Below the pieces are notes generated by a model. It made no database searches. It saw only the letters and a program-made list of their open reading frames with translations, and had not been told where the DNA came from. A stretch of 64,000 nt of DNA from Hyphochytrium catenoides (taxonomy: Eukaryota > Protista > Hyphochytriomycota). The stretch's first letter is position 1. Every line of letters starts with the position of its first letter. A program made the position numbers and the translations under genes. The stretch covers positions 1-64,000 of the forward strand of contig FLMG01003777.1 of the NCBI GenBank assembly GCA_900088475.1. Reading direction: 5' to 3'. Shown here one piece after another: positions 13,525 through 25,139 of the stretch.

Positions 13525-14604
13525 ATGGCACAGCCAGCTCCCCCACCAGGGCCTGGCCAGAAGCCAGCCTCCATGAACAGAATGATGGTCATGCTGCCGA
13601 TGTTGTTCTTGATGGGCAAAGTTGACTGGGAAGATCCCAACATTGTCACCCTAGCTCGCGTGGCATTTTTTGCTATCCAGATTGTTCAGGTCGTGATGAT
13701 CCTTTATATTAAGCAACAGATCCTAGCCAAGAAGGATGAGCGGAAGATATTTGTAAGCCCACCGAAGAACCCTCTGGCGCCAGCGGAGAACGCGGCGAGG
13801 ATAGAGAAGACTTATCTGTCTCACGAAATGGAGCAGGCTGACGGCTCTCTGAGGCAGATTGGCATCAATTCTGTGATCACCTCAGTTTTGCACTTCTTCC
13901 TGGGCGTTAACCAAGTTCTCCTAATCCAGTCTGCCATGACTCCATTAAATGTGTGGGAGAATCCTCTGTTCAAGATCTACATCTTCAAAAAGCAGATCCC
14001 GCGACCTTGGGGCGAGCTTCTGGAGGGCGAAACGGAGACGCAAGCCGCCGCCGTAGCTGCGGGCGATGCAAGAGGCGGCAGCACTGAGCTGAGCTTGGAC
14101 GAGCTTATTACCAAAACGTGGGAAGATGGGGAGGATGCCGACTTCTCTGCAGTCTTACCGCTTGCGCTGAAGAATCCTGACTTCCAAACAACCGCTGGAG
14201 GCTGGACTTTACTCATGGTAGCCTGCGGAAGCCCAGTTGATACAACCGCTGTCATCCCACGCCTGGTGAATGCTGGAGCCAGCGTGATGTTGAAAGATGC
14301 CGAGGGCTGGACAGCTCTGCATTGGTCTGCCTTTCACGACAGGCCAGAATCAGCGCAGGCCTTGGTGGACGTGGTCAGGAAAAAGCATGGCAACTCTATG
14401 ATAGCGCGTCTCCTGTCTGCTGAATCGGCCGAGGGCAAAACGCCTCTAACACTAGCCGAAGAAGAAGAGAATGAAGAGATGGCGAGAATCCTTAGGGAAC
14501 TATCGTCCACAGAAGTACCTGATGCAGATGATGGTATTCGAAGACGGAAGAACAAGAAGGAATCAGAAGTTGAGGAGGAGGAGAACAGTGTTGATATCGA
14601 CTAA
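13525..14604 (+). CDS. Pho88/SND3-family membrane protein fused to C-terminal ankyrin repeats (intronless, 359 aa)
   Basis: The N-terminal ~165 aa resemble Pho88/SND3 (KVDWEDPNIV, two hydrophobic segments, LHFFLGVNQVLLIQSAMTPLNVWENPLFKIYIF..IPRPW). Ankyrin motifs follow: GWTLLMVAC, DAEGWTALHWSAFH, EGKTPLTLA. Acidic/basic tail. Confidence 0.85.
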   Translation: MAQPAPPPGPGQKPASMNRMMVMLPMLFLMGKVDWEDPNIVTLARVAFFAIQIVQVVMILYIKQQILAKKDERKIFVSPPKNPLAPAENAARIEKTYLSHEMEQADGSLRQIGINSVITSVLHFFLGVNQVLLIQSAMTPLNVWENPLFKIYIFKKQIPRPWGELLEGETETQAAAVAAGDARGGSTELSLDELITKTWEDGEDADFSAVLPLALKNPDFQTTAGGWTLLMVACGSPVDTTAVIPRLVNAGASVMLKDAEGWTALHWSAFHDRPESAQALVDVVRKKHGNSMIARLLSAESAEGKTPLTLAEEEENEEMARILRELSSTEVPDADDGIRRRKNKKESEVEEEENSVDID

Positions 14605-15375
14605 CTCTGTAATAGCAGCTTAATAATGTGCCTTTGTGAGTGCCGTCCTCCGTGTCCTTTTCCTTTGCCGCACTGTCGTTGGCTCAGCAGATGAGCTAGA
14701 CAACTCTGTTCAATCTACAGCGTGCCATCTCGGGTGTCAAGCGTCAAACCTATCACTCGCCGACAGCCGGGCTGTTGCTGGATCCGTATACGATGCATGG
14801 CCCTGAGAGAAGTTGGCTTAGTTTACAGTCACACGACTGTAACGGTAGGAAGGAGAACTTTATTAGCTCAATTGCAGGCGAGATGTACATAGAGGAGCAG
14901 AGCTGGGGATGAGAGCGGTTGACAGACGGCAGTGGGTTCACCAGGAGCAGCAAAGCCTATCTACACTTAGGGTGAAGCTAACGAGACTAGAAAGAGGAGA
15001 GACGGAGTGTAATCATAGTGGACTTATTATAATTAAGGCTAGAGGAACAATCTCTCAATGGGCCGCCGCTTTGTCTTGGCCGACCTGGTGGCGCCAGCAG
15101 ACACGATGACACGGACTTAGGATGTGAAGCTACGTTAACGATGTTGCCGAACTCGTACGCGACAAGAACGGAGAGGTTGTGATCAACCACATTGGACGGC
15201 TTACGATGTGGACCCAAAACAAGGCGAGACAGAGCATAGTCTGAGCATAGATGACCAGACGGGAAGAAAGAGTTGATAATAAGACAAGGCAGAAGCAGGA
15301 GAGTCACAGCAAGGAGCACGGGCAATCAACAAAATCAGAAGTAAGCAAGTTGCAAAGTTCGTTCGGACCTCTGTG

Positions 15376-16998
15376 CTAGAGATCCACGCCACCACCACTC
15401 TCTTCACTGCTGTCACTGCTAGGCATGGCGACAAATTGCCGCATTGCTCTTGCTTTAGCAGAGTTCACTCCCGAGGAAGCAGGGGTCGCGCTGGTTTCTC
15501 TGAGATCACTTGACTGCTCCCCTTGTCCATCGGAGCTCCTTCTGATGTCATACAGCTTTCCCTGTACCTCGCGTTGCAGCGTAGCGGTAGGAACGGTCGT
15601 GACTGTGACGTTGTCAGGAGAAGGTTGCCAACCCATCACCCTTGTGGTGTAGAGCATTGGACTCTCCGTTTCTTCGGGTGCATTAGAGGGAGGTTGTCCA
15701 TACACTAGAGGCTGCGCCAGAACAATAGCGGCTGGTGAAGGCGTTGTAAGAGGGACAGATGGTGATGAATTCCAGGGGCCAGTAGGAGCGGTGAACGGCG
15801 CTGTCTGCTCTTGCTGCCGTTGTCGTGCGGCTATCAGCTGATAGTCATTGGCACTGGAGGGTTGCTGATTAGGCATCATATTCACTTCTTCTTCGTCCGT
15901 AGCCGAGAAGGGGTCAGCTTTCCCACCGTCTATAGTCCTACCAGTTCCCTCTTCTTGTCGCCGCCTTACCTTATCTTTTCCTCGTCGTTTTCGCCACCTC
16001 TGAAACCCCACAAGGACAGCAACTGCCACCAGGGCAACGCAGACTGCAGCTATGATCCCTCCGATGGCCCCTGCACTAAGCCCACCGTCATCCTCCTGAG
16101 GAGGTACGGTGGTGGTCACAGGGCTAGTGCTGAGAGGCTGTTTGACCCACGCTGATCGCACACAGACTCCCTCTAAACCTGTAGCGATGGGTGTCGAGGC
16201 TGGAACTCTGACTGCTAGCGTATAACAGGCTTCGCCCTTTTGACAGGTACTTCTAAAGCCTTCAACGTTGTTCGCCTTCACCTCTGTCTGGCAGGGCGGT
16301 GTACCATCGGGAAGAAGACCTTGCCTAGCGACTTCGTAGAGATGACAAACTCCTCTAGAGAAAGTCCTAGAGGCGGTATCATAGCATGTCGTCGATGAGA
16401 AACCATCAGGACAGCGGCAAGAAGCAAATGGTGAGCCACAGTCAGCATCTTCCTTGCAGTTCCCACTGGAAGGCTCCTCTACATCCTCTGGCGGGCCAGC
16501 ATAGATGCCACTGTAACACTTGTTGCTCCCAAGGCATACTTCGTAGTCTGTGCAGTTGCCCTGAAGCCCATTCGTCTTGACAGCTACGTAGGACTCTTCG
16601 CACTTCTTCAGCGTGTCGGTGACAGCATAGCAAACGCCGCTTTGAAAGGCATAGGTGCGCGATGAAGTATTGTACGGATCTTGGACCACAGAGACGCAGG
16701 TAGTTGAGGCCACACTGTCTCTACAGCCGCAAGCGAAGAAGTCTCCTAGCTTCTGACAATCTTCAAAGTAGATGCAGTCGTAGGAACGTGAAAATCTTCT
16801 GGCGGAGACGACCACAGCAGGTGGACCAGACAGCGACAGATACGATCGATTATTGGAGAGGAAGACGGAGACTGTCAGCAAAGACAGCAGTAGGTTCCTG
16901 ACCCCCATCCCTCGTCCTTTTACAACGGGAGGAGAGCTTGGTGAGTGAAGAGACCTATCGTTCCTCTTGGTGCTCAAGAAGTTAAGGATCTCCATCAC
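15376..16998 (-). CDS. Type-I single-pass membrane protein with two tandem Cys-rich extracellular modules (intronless)
   Basis: 540-codon ORF with a signal-like segment MGVRNLLLSLLTVSVFLS (likely true start) and a Cys-rich ectodomain. TM LSAGAIGGIIAAVCVALVAVAVLVGF is followed by a basic stop-transfer RWRKRRGK and a P/S/T-rich cytosolic tail. Confidence 0.8.
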   Translation of the reverse strand: MMEILNFLSTKRNDRSLHSPSSPPVVKGRGMGVRNLLLSLLTVSVFLSNNRSYLSLSGPPAVVVSARRFSRSYDCIYFEDCQKLGDFFACGCRDSVASTTCVSVVQDPYNTSSRTYAFQSGVCYAVTDTLKKCEESYVAVKTNGLQGNCTDYEVCLGSNKCYSGIYAGPPEDVEEPSSGNCKEDADCGSPFASCRCPDGFSSTTCYDTASRTFSRGVCHLYEVARQGLLPDGTPPCQTEVKANNVEGFRSTCQKGEACYTLAVRVPASTPIATGLEGVCVRSAWVKQPLSTSPVTTTVPPQEDDGGLSAGAIGGIIAAVCVALVAVAVLVGFQRWRKRRGKDKVRRRQEEGTGRTIDGGKADPFSATDEEEVNMMPNQQPSSANDYQLIAARQRQQEQTAPFTAPTGPWNSSPSVPLTTPSPAAIVLAQPLVYGQPPSNAPEETESPMLYTTRVMGWQPSPDNVTVTTVPTATLQREVQGKLYDIRRSSDGQGEQSSDLRETSATPASSGVNSAKARAMRQFVAMPSSDSSEESGGGVDL

Positions 16999-18288
16999 GA
17001 ACAGCGATGTCTAGCCACTTGATCCTAGTCTTGCCAGAAAGGGTGGGCAATAAGGAGCCCTGTGGGAATAGGGAAACGGTAGAGACAGAGATGATAGTGA
17101 TTTCTTGACAAAAGGCGGGAAGAAGCTTCAGCCAACCAGGAGCAAAGGTTATTACTAGCTTGGGCAGGATATTACGCCAGGAAGGGGCAATAGCTTTGTG
17201 AGACTCTTAGCAGCGGATACCGCTCAGAAAGACATCTTCATGTTCCCTGCAGAGGTCCTGCTGGGTTATTGAAGCGTGATGCGCGCCAGCGCCATGGGGG
17301 CGTGCTAGACACCATGCTAGTTGGAGACAGATAGGACATAGAACTTGATGCACAGAGGACGACAGAGAGGCAGTCAAGGATAAGTTTAGTTTATCATTAG
17401 GATCGATGAACATGCTACTATCCTCACTGCACAGAGAAAAGACAAGGAACCACACTTTATAAAGCAAAGCACGGCCACCGCTTAACCCTCCTGGGAAACC
17501 AGAAACCAGGCACAAAGCCAACGCGACAGAGTGGTCTGCCGCCCTCTGCCACATAACAACATAACAATGGATGGTATGCTTGAAGAAAAAAAGGATAGAA
17601 CTGTTCGTGAGAATCAGCTGCGGTCACCTTCCTTGTGGCTTGTGCTCCCTTTTCTCTTTTGCAAGTACTGCTGGGCAGCTACAGATAACAACGACATTCC
17701 TCTTGCCCTCCCCTTCTGCCTGCTGTCAGCCAGAAGAGGAGTTAGAAGAGCCTTACCGGCAGCACCACAGCTGGCACGCTGCCCGCTGCATCAGGCTCAC
17801 TTCTCATCACCACCCTTGCGAGCACCACCTCGTCCCCTCCTCTCCCCTGTCTTATCTTCCTCATCGCCTTGCTGACGGGCCTTGTGATGACGACAATGTC
17901 ATCATCCCTCCTCTCTCTTTGTTAGGACGGAGCTGTGATGATGGATCAGCAGCAGAGAGCTGAGAAGGATGAACAGCAGCAGGGCAGCAGCAGCAGCAAG
18001 AGACAGGGAGACAGGGAGGAAGGAAGAAGGAAGAGGACTAGGGGCCAACACATGCAGGCGAGGAATCGGAAGGTGAGTGGATGATAGGAAGAGTGTGACT
18101 ATCGTAGCAATGATAGAAGCCTGTATGGGACGGGTGGGCGGATGAGTCAACCTGATAGTCAAGTGAGCCCTTGAGTCTTCTTCTTCTTCCCCTTTTCTTT
18201 CTCCTCGTCGGTCCTTGTGTCCTTGTTATCCCGCCACCACCTCCTCCTCTCCCTTCTGCCGCCTCGTGGTGGTTGATGATGGCTTGCA

Positions 18289-18562
18289 ATGCGCTTTTGC
18301 GAAGTTATTATAAACAAGGATGAACAATGGCAACCAACAGGTCGCAGAACAAGCCGCGTGGTGCCTGATAATCAAGAGGAGGCTGCTGCTCGCTCGCCGC
18401 TGCTGCTGCTGCCGCACACTCCCGCGGGCTTTTTTTGCGGACAATATCTTCTGCTTTGGAATGAGCAATGGGCAATGGGACTCCGCCACCACCAACTCAA
18501 CAGTAGGGCGACAACACTATCAGCACGTCCTTAATAACTATGGCGAGACTATAGGTAAGTAG
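18289..18562 (+). pseudogene. Possible frameshifted armadillo (ARM)-repeat relic in a low-complexity intergenic zone
   Basis: Adjacent frames read FCEVII and MNNGNQQVAEQAAWCL, resembling ARM units of the type GACEVV...NxxVAEQGCWAL. Flanked by GAT/GCA/CTT triplet runs. Confidence 0.3.
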
Positions 18563-19501
18563 GTATCGTAGTAGTGGTGGTGCTGCGTCGTGTGGCGCTT
18601 ATGATGATAATCCGACAATGATTACACTGATTGATAGTAGCTATAGGGTGGGAGGGAGAAGCACACGCACCGTCTTGGAACGAAAGAAAGAGTTCTTCCG
18701 GATGAAGAAGGAGAAACTGATGAATTAGATGATGAAAAAGATGATGAAGAACCGCCGCAGAAAAAGAAAAAATGATGATGATGTAGTACGTCACGATGAT
18801 AAATGATAGCAACGGAGATGATGTGAGGACTGGACGATGATGGTGCTAGCTTTCTGATGGATGAGAGGTGAGAACAAAGCACATTTTTCTCTCAACAGCA
18901 GGAGGTCAACAAGAAGCTGGCTTCATCATCATCTTCTTCTTGGTGGTGGTGGACCTTATAGTTATTAGTAGTATTGAAAAGTAAATGAACCTGGCTTGTG
19001 TAGGCAACAGTAAATAAGAATACTGTAAAGCACTTGGCAGGAGTGGACAGTTAGAGAATCTAGAGAATCATACACTCAGAGAAACCACACAAACGAATAC
19101 CTGTGATAACCTATAATAGAATCATACCGTAATCATATTTATCGTAATCTAGTTACTGTCTGTGAGAGGGACTGTATCTAACGTACATTTTATCATGGGT
19201 TTGTGATCAGTGATCAGAGACGCTGAACTACTGACAAATCTGCGCTGATGGTCAGGTCACCACGTGGCCCTATTGCATTGGTTTCTTCCAGACCGAAGAG
19301 ACGGAGTTCGGGGTCGCTTGATGAAGGAGCAAAGAATCTCTCATCAGCAGGTCAAACCAACTGCCCATCGGAAGACAAGCAGACATAAGTGCTCCCATTA
19401 CACCTCCTACGCCCAGTTTCGGGGCCACATTGTGTATTTCATAGCTTAAGGAGGCTTGTGCTTTCTGAGGGAGCTAATCCGGAGCTTCTAACAACGCAAT
19501 T

Positions 19502-21374
19502 ATGGGCCGCAGCGACCCTCTAAAGCTACTTGTAGCTGTCGGCGGTATATACGTCTGTTACATATCGTACAGTCTCTACCAAGAGGAAATGTAGGTAGCC
19601 ACGGGCTTGACAAATGGCGCGACTGCATCTGACTCGATCGGATTTCGTAGCTACAAGTACCGTGGGCCAAAGGGGGAACGCTTTACCTCTACCTTGTTTC
19701 TTCTCTTGGTACAATGCAGTGTGAACTTCCTCTTCGCGCTATTCGGTAGGTGACACTTCTGGAGTTTCGAAGGCTCACTAAGAGATGCTTATTCTCACGT
19801 CTCTCTGTAGGGTCGCTGATTCTTGGTGGCTCAGCAAAGCTCCCATGGCACTCTGTAATGTTTACAGCGGCCTCTTACATTGGAGCAATGACCTGCAGCA
19901 ATGAGGCGCTTAAAGTAAGAAAATCCGTGCTGTCCTTTTGGCACTGGAACCGTTTGAAGCTAAGTTTGTTCGACAGCATGTTAGCTTCCCTACTCAGGCA
20001 CTGGCGAAGTCCTGCAAGATGATCCCCGTGGTAATTAGAACCTAATCCTATCCTACCTTTTCCTGCGAACGCTCTTTATTGATACATCAAAACCTCTCAC
20101 GTAGATGTTGATGGGTATCTTCATTAGAGGAAAGCGCTACACTTTACAGGAGTACCTCTGCGTTGGGCTGATTACATTGGGCATCTCACGTATGGACAAG
20201 AGCTTGCTTTAGGCTTAGTTGTAGTTTGCCTTGTCTTGCCTTGGTGTGTCTCCTTCCTCTTTCTGCCTCTTTTGCTGCTGTTTGTACGTCTTATGTGGAC
20301 TGCATAACCTTCGGCTCTGCTTGAAGGTCAAGGGCTTGCTTTCTTTCTCGTCCGTTACGGTTGATTTGCTAACTGTTCCTTCCTAGTCTTTCAGCTTGGT
20401 TCAAAAAAGAACAAGGTTGAGAAGGAAAATAGCCTTTATGGCATGGCCCTGCTATTCCTCTCTCTCGTCCTAGACGGAGTGACGGGCCCGTCCCAGGAGG
20501 TTGTCATCCAGAATTACAAGCCTACCACGCACCAGTTGATGATGCATACGAATGGTTGGGCTATAATTTACCTCCTGATAGGTACTAACGGACCTTACAC
20601 TAGTGCCGTAGCAATAGCCAAGACCAGCGGCCCTATCATTGACTTACGCCACCCTTACCCTATCCTCTGGTCCCCTCAGATACTGCCATTTACAGGTCTA
20701 GGCGCCGTTTGTTTGGGACGCTCTGACAGATTTCTCTCCTTTGCAGGTTGTGTTGTAACTGGGCAGCTGCAGACTGGCCTCTCTTTTCTACTCGACCATC
20801 CCCTTATCCTGCAGTCAGTAATCGTCTTTTCGTTAACCAGCGCAGCAGGTAAAATGCTTGGAAGGTCTAGCTTGAGCTACTTTAACTGTGTTTCCCGACA
20901 ATCCGGGAACTTCTAATGTCCCCGCTTTAACACTATGTAGGCCAAAACTTTATCTTCTTCACCATCAAGAATTTCAATGCCCTGGTCTGCACAACCATTA
21001 CGACTACTAGAAAGTGCGTGACGGTGATCCTGTCGGTAGTTTTCTTTGGTCATTATCTTGTACAGCAGCAATGGCTGGGAGTTCTCCTGGTAAACATTGG
21101 ACTAGGTAAGCCTTGAAAAGTGACTGATCTGGAGGCTATCGCTAAACGGCAGGCGGGAGAGGTCTTTGACAATTCTGTCCTGCTTATAGCATGGGAGTTG
21201 AAGAGCAAGTACGACAAGCACAATGCTCGTCTGAAGGAGCATGCCCTAAAGAAGGATCAAACGGAGCTCGGGGATGTAGGCCTGCCAGAGGGCCAGATGA
21301 AGGCTAACGGAGTCACAGCAGCTTCTGCGACTTCCAATGGCAGAAGGAAGTCTAAGACGCGCAGAGCTGAATAG
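19502..21374 (+). CDS. SLC35B1: Nucleotide-sugar transporter family, SLC35B1/HUT1 (UAA) type
   Basis: Spliced product: MGRSDPLKLLVAVGGIYVCYISYSLYQEEI...[36 protein letters not shown]...LSLVLDGVTGPSQE...GQNFIFFTIKNFNALVCTTITTTRK, with a basic C-tail KSKTRRAE*. Confidence 0.9.
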
Positions 21375-21536
21375 AGATAGACTGCCGCTACCTTAGCTAT
21401 TTATCACAGAAGTCATCATATACACCGCATCCCCCTCATGTAAGCTTCTCGTAATGTAGGGTAGGCTGATCAAAAAGCCCAGCCGCCTACGATTCTATTG
21501 AAGGTAATACATAAGAGACTCGGGGACTCCATAGCA

Positions 21537-22274
21537 TTACAACTCTTTCTTCTCAAAGTCCTGAATATTTAAGAGCTCTACTTCGAAGACAAGAGTGGCT
21601 CCACCAGGAATCTTTGGAGGAGAGCCCTGAGCTCCATAACCCAGATTGGCAGGAATCACGAGCTTGCGCTTTTCACTGTAATCATAGTGTTGTGAGGCGG
21701 GATGATGTGAGAAGTGTTATCTGTCATATGGTTAACTTACCCGATGCACATGTTGCTCAGTCTTGATGATATTTTAGTATGCAGAGGAGGATAGAAACGA
21801 AACGTCAGTTGTCATTATAAGCGGTACCTGTCCTTCATCTGATGTCTTACCCTCTGTCCCATCCCTGCATACGGATAAGGTCAACACGTTGTCAGTTCGA
21901 TGGATGCACAGATGGTGCCTTTTATGGGCTTACCTGGATGACTTGACCGATACCAAGCACAAATTCAAATGGCTGTTTGCGGTCCACACTGGAATCAAAC
22001 TTAGAGCCATCGGAGTAGAGGGTGCCGGTATAGTGCATCGAAAGTTTATCTCCGACAGTGGACTTCCTAACGCATGTGTTGGGACGGTGCTTCATGACGC
22101 CCATGTGAGCAAATGTTAGTCACCCAAAGACGATCACGGGCTGACCTTGACGCCGATACGAAGTTGCGAGTCCGGAGGCAAGTCCTCCTTCTTCTGCTTT
22201 GCCAAAGTCAAAGTGCCCAGCTCAGCAGCGACAGCAAGCAGGCACAGGAAAGAGACCACTGTGAACACCTTCAT
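21537..22274 (-). CDS. FKBP2: ER-luminal FKBP-type peptidyl-prolyl isomerase (FKBP2/FKBP13-like); 5 exons
   Basis: Signal peptide [17 protein letters not shown], then LRIGVK|[43 protein letters not shown]|GWDRG|LSNMCIG|[28 protein letters not shown]. Ends KKEL*, a KDEL-like signal. Confidence 0.93.
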
Positions 22275-22990
22275 GGTTTGTCAATGTAAGCCTCTGCGAT
22301 AGCACGTACGTTGGAAGGCGCGTGTGTGAAGATTATTGGACAAGGGCTGCTGCTGATCTGCTGATGCGATTGAATATCACTATCAAATCACTGCCCACCC
22401 CAGCACTTGCTCTCTGCTCTCTGCCCGCTGTTTGTTAGATTTTCCAGATCTGAAGATTCATCAACCAGCAGAGTGCCAGATGTCAAGAAGAGAGCCAAGC
22501 CGTTGTTGTGTATGGGGGTAGCACCCACCCCAATACAAGATATATGTTGACAATGAACCTCTTGGACGCCCACCCACCCTATTGAGGTAAGGTATTCTCC
22601 AAGATCCATCTCCTTATCTTGGACATATCGGGAACAAGGGAGCAACGTATCCATCATTCGTTCCTTGTGCCCAACAAAATGATGATGATGATAATGAACG
22701 CGGCGTCGAAGCTGTTGATAGACAGAAGAATAGATGATGAAAGCTATGATGATCCTAAGAGGAGTACGTCCCGTAGTAAGTAATAAGTGCAAAGATGACC
22801 AGAGAACAAAGGCCTTGCTAGTGACGAAAGCGGCGGACGTTGAAACAGAAGCGAGGCCGAACTGTATGGAAACTGTACTAAGACAATTACTTGGATGACA
22901 TCCTGTCCATCCAGACGGACACCACAGCTAATATACTATAAACCATCGAAGAACAGAATGGATCTCGAAGTGAGTCCTACAAGAAGAAGC

Positions 22991-23208
22991 GATTCAACCC
23001 TGATTGATGGTGTGAAAAGACTCCTCTCTCTACGATGAGGATGGATGTAGGCTCAATTCCAGGACAATGAAACTCTCTAAACGATTTAGTAAGATCAAGA
23101 ACGGACTCGATCCAGGTTTTTTTGATGGTGTAGGACGACTCCTGTTTTCTACGATGAGGATGATTGCTAGGCTCAACTTCAGGCCAATAACTCTCTCTAG
23201 AAAACGAT
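22991..23208. repeat. Degenerate two-copy direct repeat, period ~118 bp
   Basis: TTGATGGTGT..GACTCCT..TCTACGATGAGGATG..TAGGCTCAA..CAGG.CAAT..CTCTCTA..AACGAT starts at ~23004 and again at ~23122. Confidence 0.8.
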
Positions 23209-23552
23209 CCCATCTTTGAAAGTTTTGCCTGTCAATCCTTTAATGGTTCATCAGCGTATTACCATCCTCCAGCAGCCTCAAGGTGAATTTGGCCTGTCAA
23301 ATTTGTACCCATATTTCCACTACCCATCGATCGCTGTGATGATGTTTGGCTGCTGCGAAGACAAAAGGAAGAACGGAAGGACGTCTTCTGGAACAACTTT
23401 CTCTTAACTGCCTCATGTTGAAGGTTCCCTGCTGCTGCATATGTGCCTTTCTCAAGTAGCAATACCCGTCAAGAGTAGGAAGTAGTATTTGTCTACTGTT
23501 CCATCCCTGATTGCTCGCTCCGCGACAAGAATGAACGATAGCTAGGATCCAT

Positions 23553-24305
23553 ATGCTAGCGGGAAAAGTGTGCAGAGGGTGGGGAAGAAGGTGGCCGCAG
23601 AAGGGTGATTGGTGGAGCACTTCTGCTAAGCAAGGGCTAAGAAACGCTGGTGCGAGAGCTTTGGCGGCCCTTAGAGCCATCAATAACTTGGCGTATCAGG
23701 AAGGTAACAAACTTCAGGATTTTTATACGAAGACTACCTGCCATCCTAATAGCATCTGCACCAGCACTGTGGATTAGAAGGTAGGAGAGTAAGAGGAAAG
23801 GAGTACGAGGATGACGAAGGCAGATGCACCACAGCACTCGCCGTATCCTTCCTTCTCCTAATGATGCGGTCTGTCATGTTGTGATAATCGAGCAACAATA
23901 GAGCAACAGCTTCAACTGCGGAACAGCAGTTCTACCATTAGACTCTGAACAACAGATCTTCTTGTCAGGAACAATTGATACCGTACTAATAGAAGCTCCA
24001 CCAGGCTGTGGATACGAACAGTTACCAGAGCCCAATACAGTCTAGAGCTAAGAATCTTCGCACAAGCAGCGGACACCCAACTATGTTGGTACCATGACTT
24101 GCTTTTCTGTAAGAAGAAGAGCGGTTGAAGAGGCTGTATAATAGTGTGGCCCCAGTGGTTGAGACCAAACAACATTGTAAAAAGATGTCTGTCGTAGCCT
24201 GCTAGCCCGCATACTTCCTCCCACTTTCCCTATCCTCCGACAGCAATTCTGGTCGCACTGTACTCTGCAGTTGCAGCACCCTTCGCACCCTCCTGCCATC
24301 TCCAA
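23553..24305. pseudogene. Possible decayed ARM-repeat fragments on both strands
   Basis: Plus strand ALAALRAINNLAYQEGNK (~23660-23712). Minus strand LLEMAGGCE (~24280-24310) and LGVRCLCE/SAACAKIL (~24050-24085). All are interrupted by stops or frameshifts. Confidence 0.25.
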
Positions 24306-25074
24306 TAAGCCTAAACATTTAAAAGTCCCCGAAGGTCACCCTCTGTCTCGATCACTGCCGCACCTCAAGCGGCAGATCTATATTCACTTTCTAGGGCCTG
24401 CTGTCACTCTGTCTTGATTATTCCATGCTTTCTAGTTCGCTTTTGTTTTTGCCAGCCAGAATAACGGCGACTGGTCGAACCTGCGCCGCCATTAGCTTCC
24501 TTTATTGGCTGAGAGCTACCTACCTACCCATACCTTAGCCGCGGAAGCAGCAAACCTAACCTGCAATCGCCGCTTGTATACCAACCTTCATGACCTTAAA
24601 CTCCGAATATCAACGCATTTATTAATTGAGATCATATGTAGATACACCCCAGCCTCTATTACAGTTACCTGGCTGAATAGGCCTCATATGACAGGGGCTC
24701 CAGACCTCATATTGACGTATTACGCGATATCAAAGAAGCCTCACACTTCAAGGTGGGTAGGACGCATTAAAGACAGAGTTCAGGCTGTAAAATGGGTGGG
24801 CACATTGGACAATAAAGCATGACTGGGAACAGAAAACACAGAGCTTTATTTATTCTTATAACAGGACAACAGATTGCCATCCAAGACAGAGCGGACAAGT
24901 GACGAGACAGAGGGCGAAAGAACGAGAGGCAATCGAGGGAAGACACAGAGATTAAGATAGGGGATCAACCTACAAAGAGGGGGAAAGAGAAAGGGAGAGA
25001 GAGCTATGGGCAGGACTAGATGAAGAACAAGTCAGAAGAAGAAAGGGACCTAATAGGATGAATTTCAGTGTTTT

Positions 25075-25108
25075 GAAGAGAGAGACAGAGCGAGAGAGAG
25101 AGAGAGCA

Positions 25109-25139
<31 letters not shown>

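Noticed and set aside
22991-23208. CRISPR-like or LTR interpretation of the direct repeat
   Set aside because: Only two diverged adjacent copies, with no spacers, cas genes, TG..CA termini or internal retroelement ORFs.
24455-24500. GGTTCGA-like T-loop word on the - strand suggesting a tRNA
   Set aside because: No pairing T-stem, acceptor stem or D-arm could be built around it.
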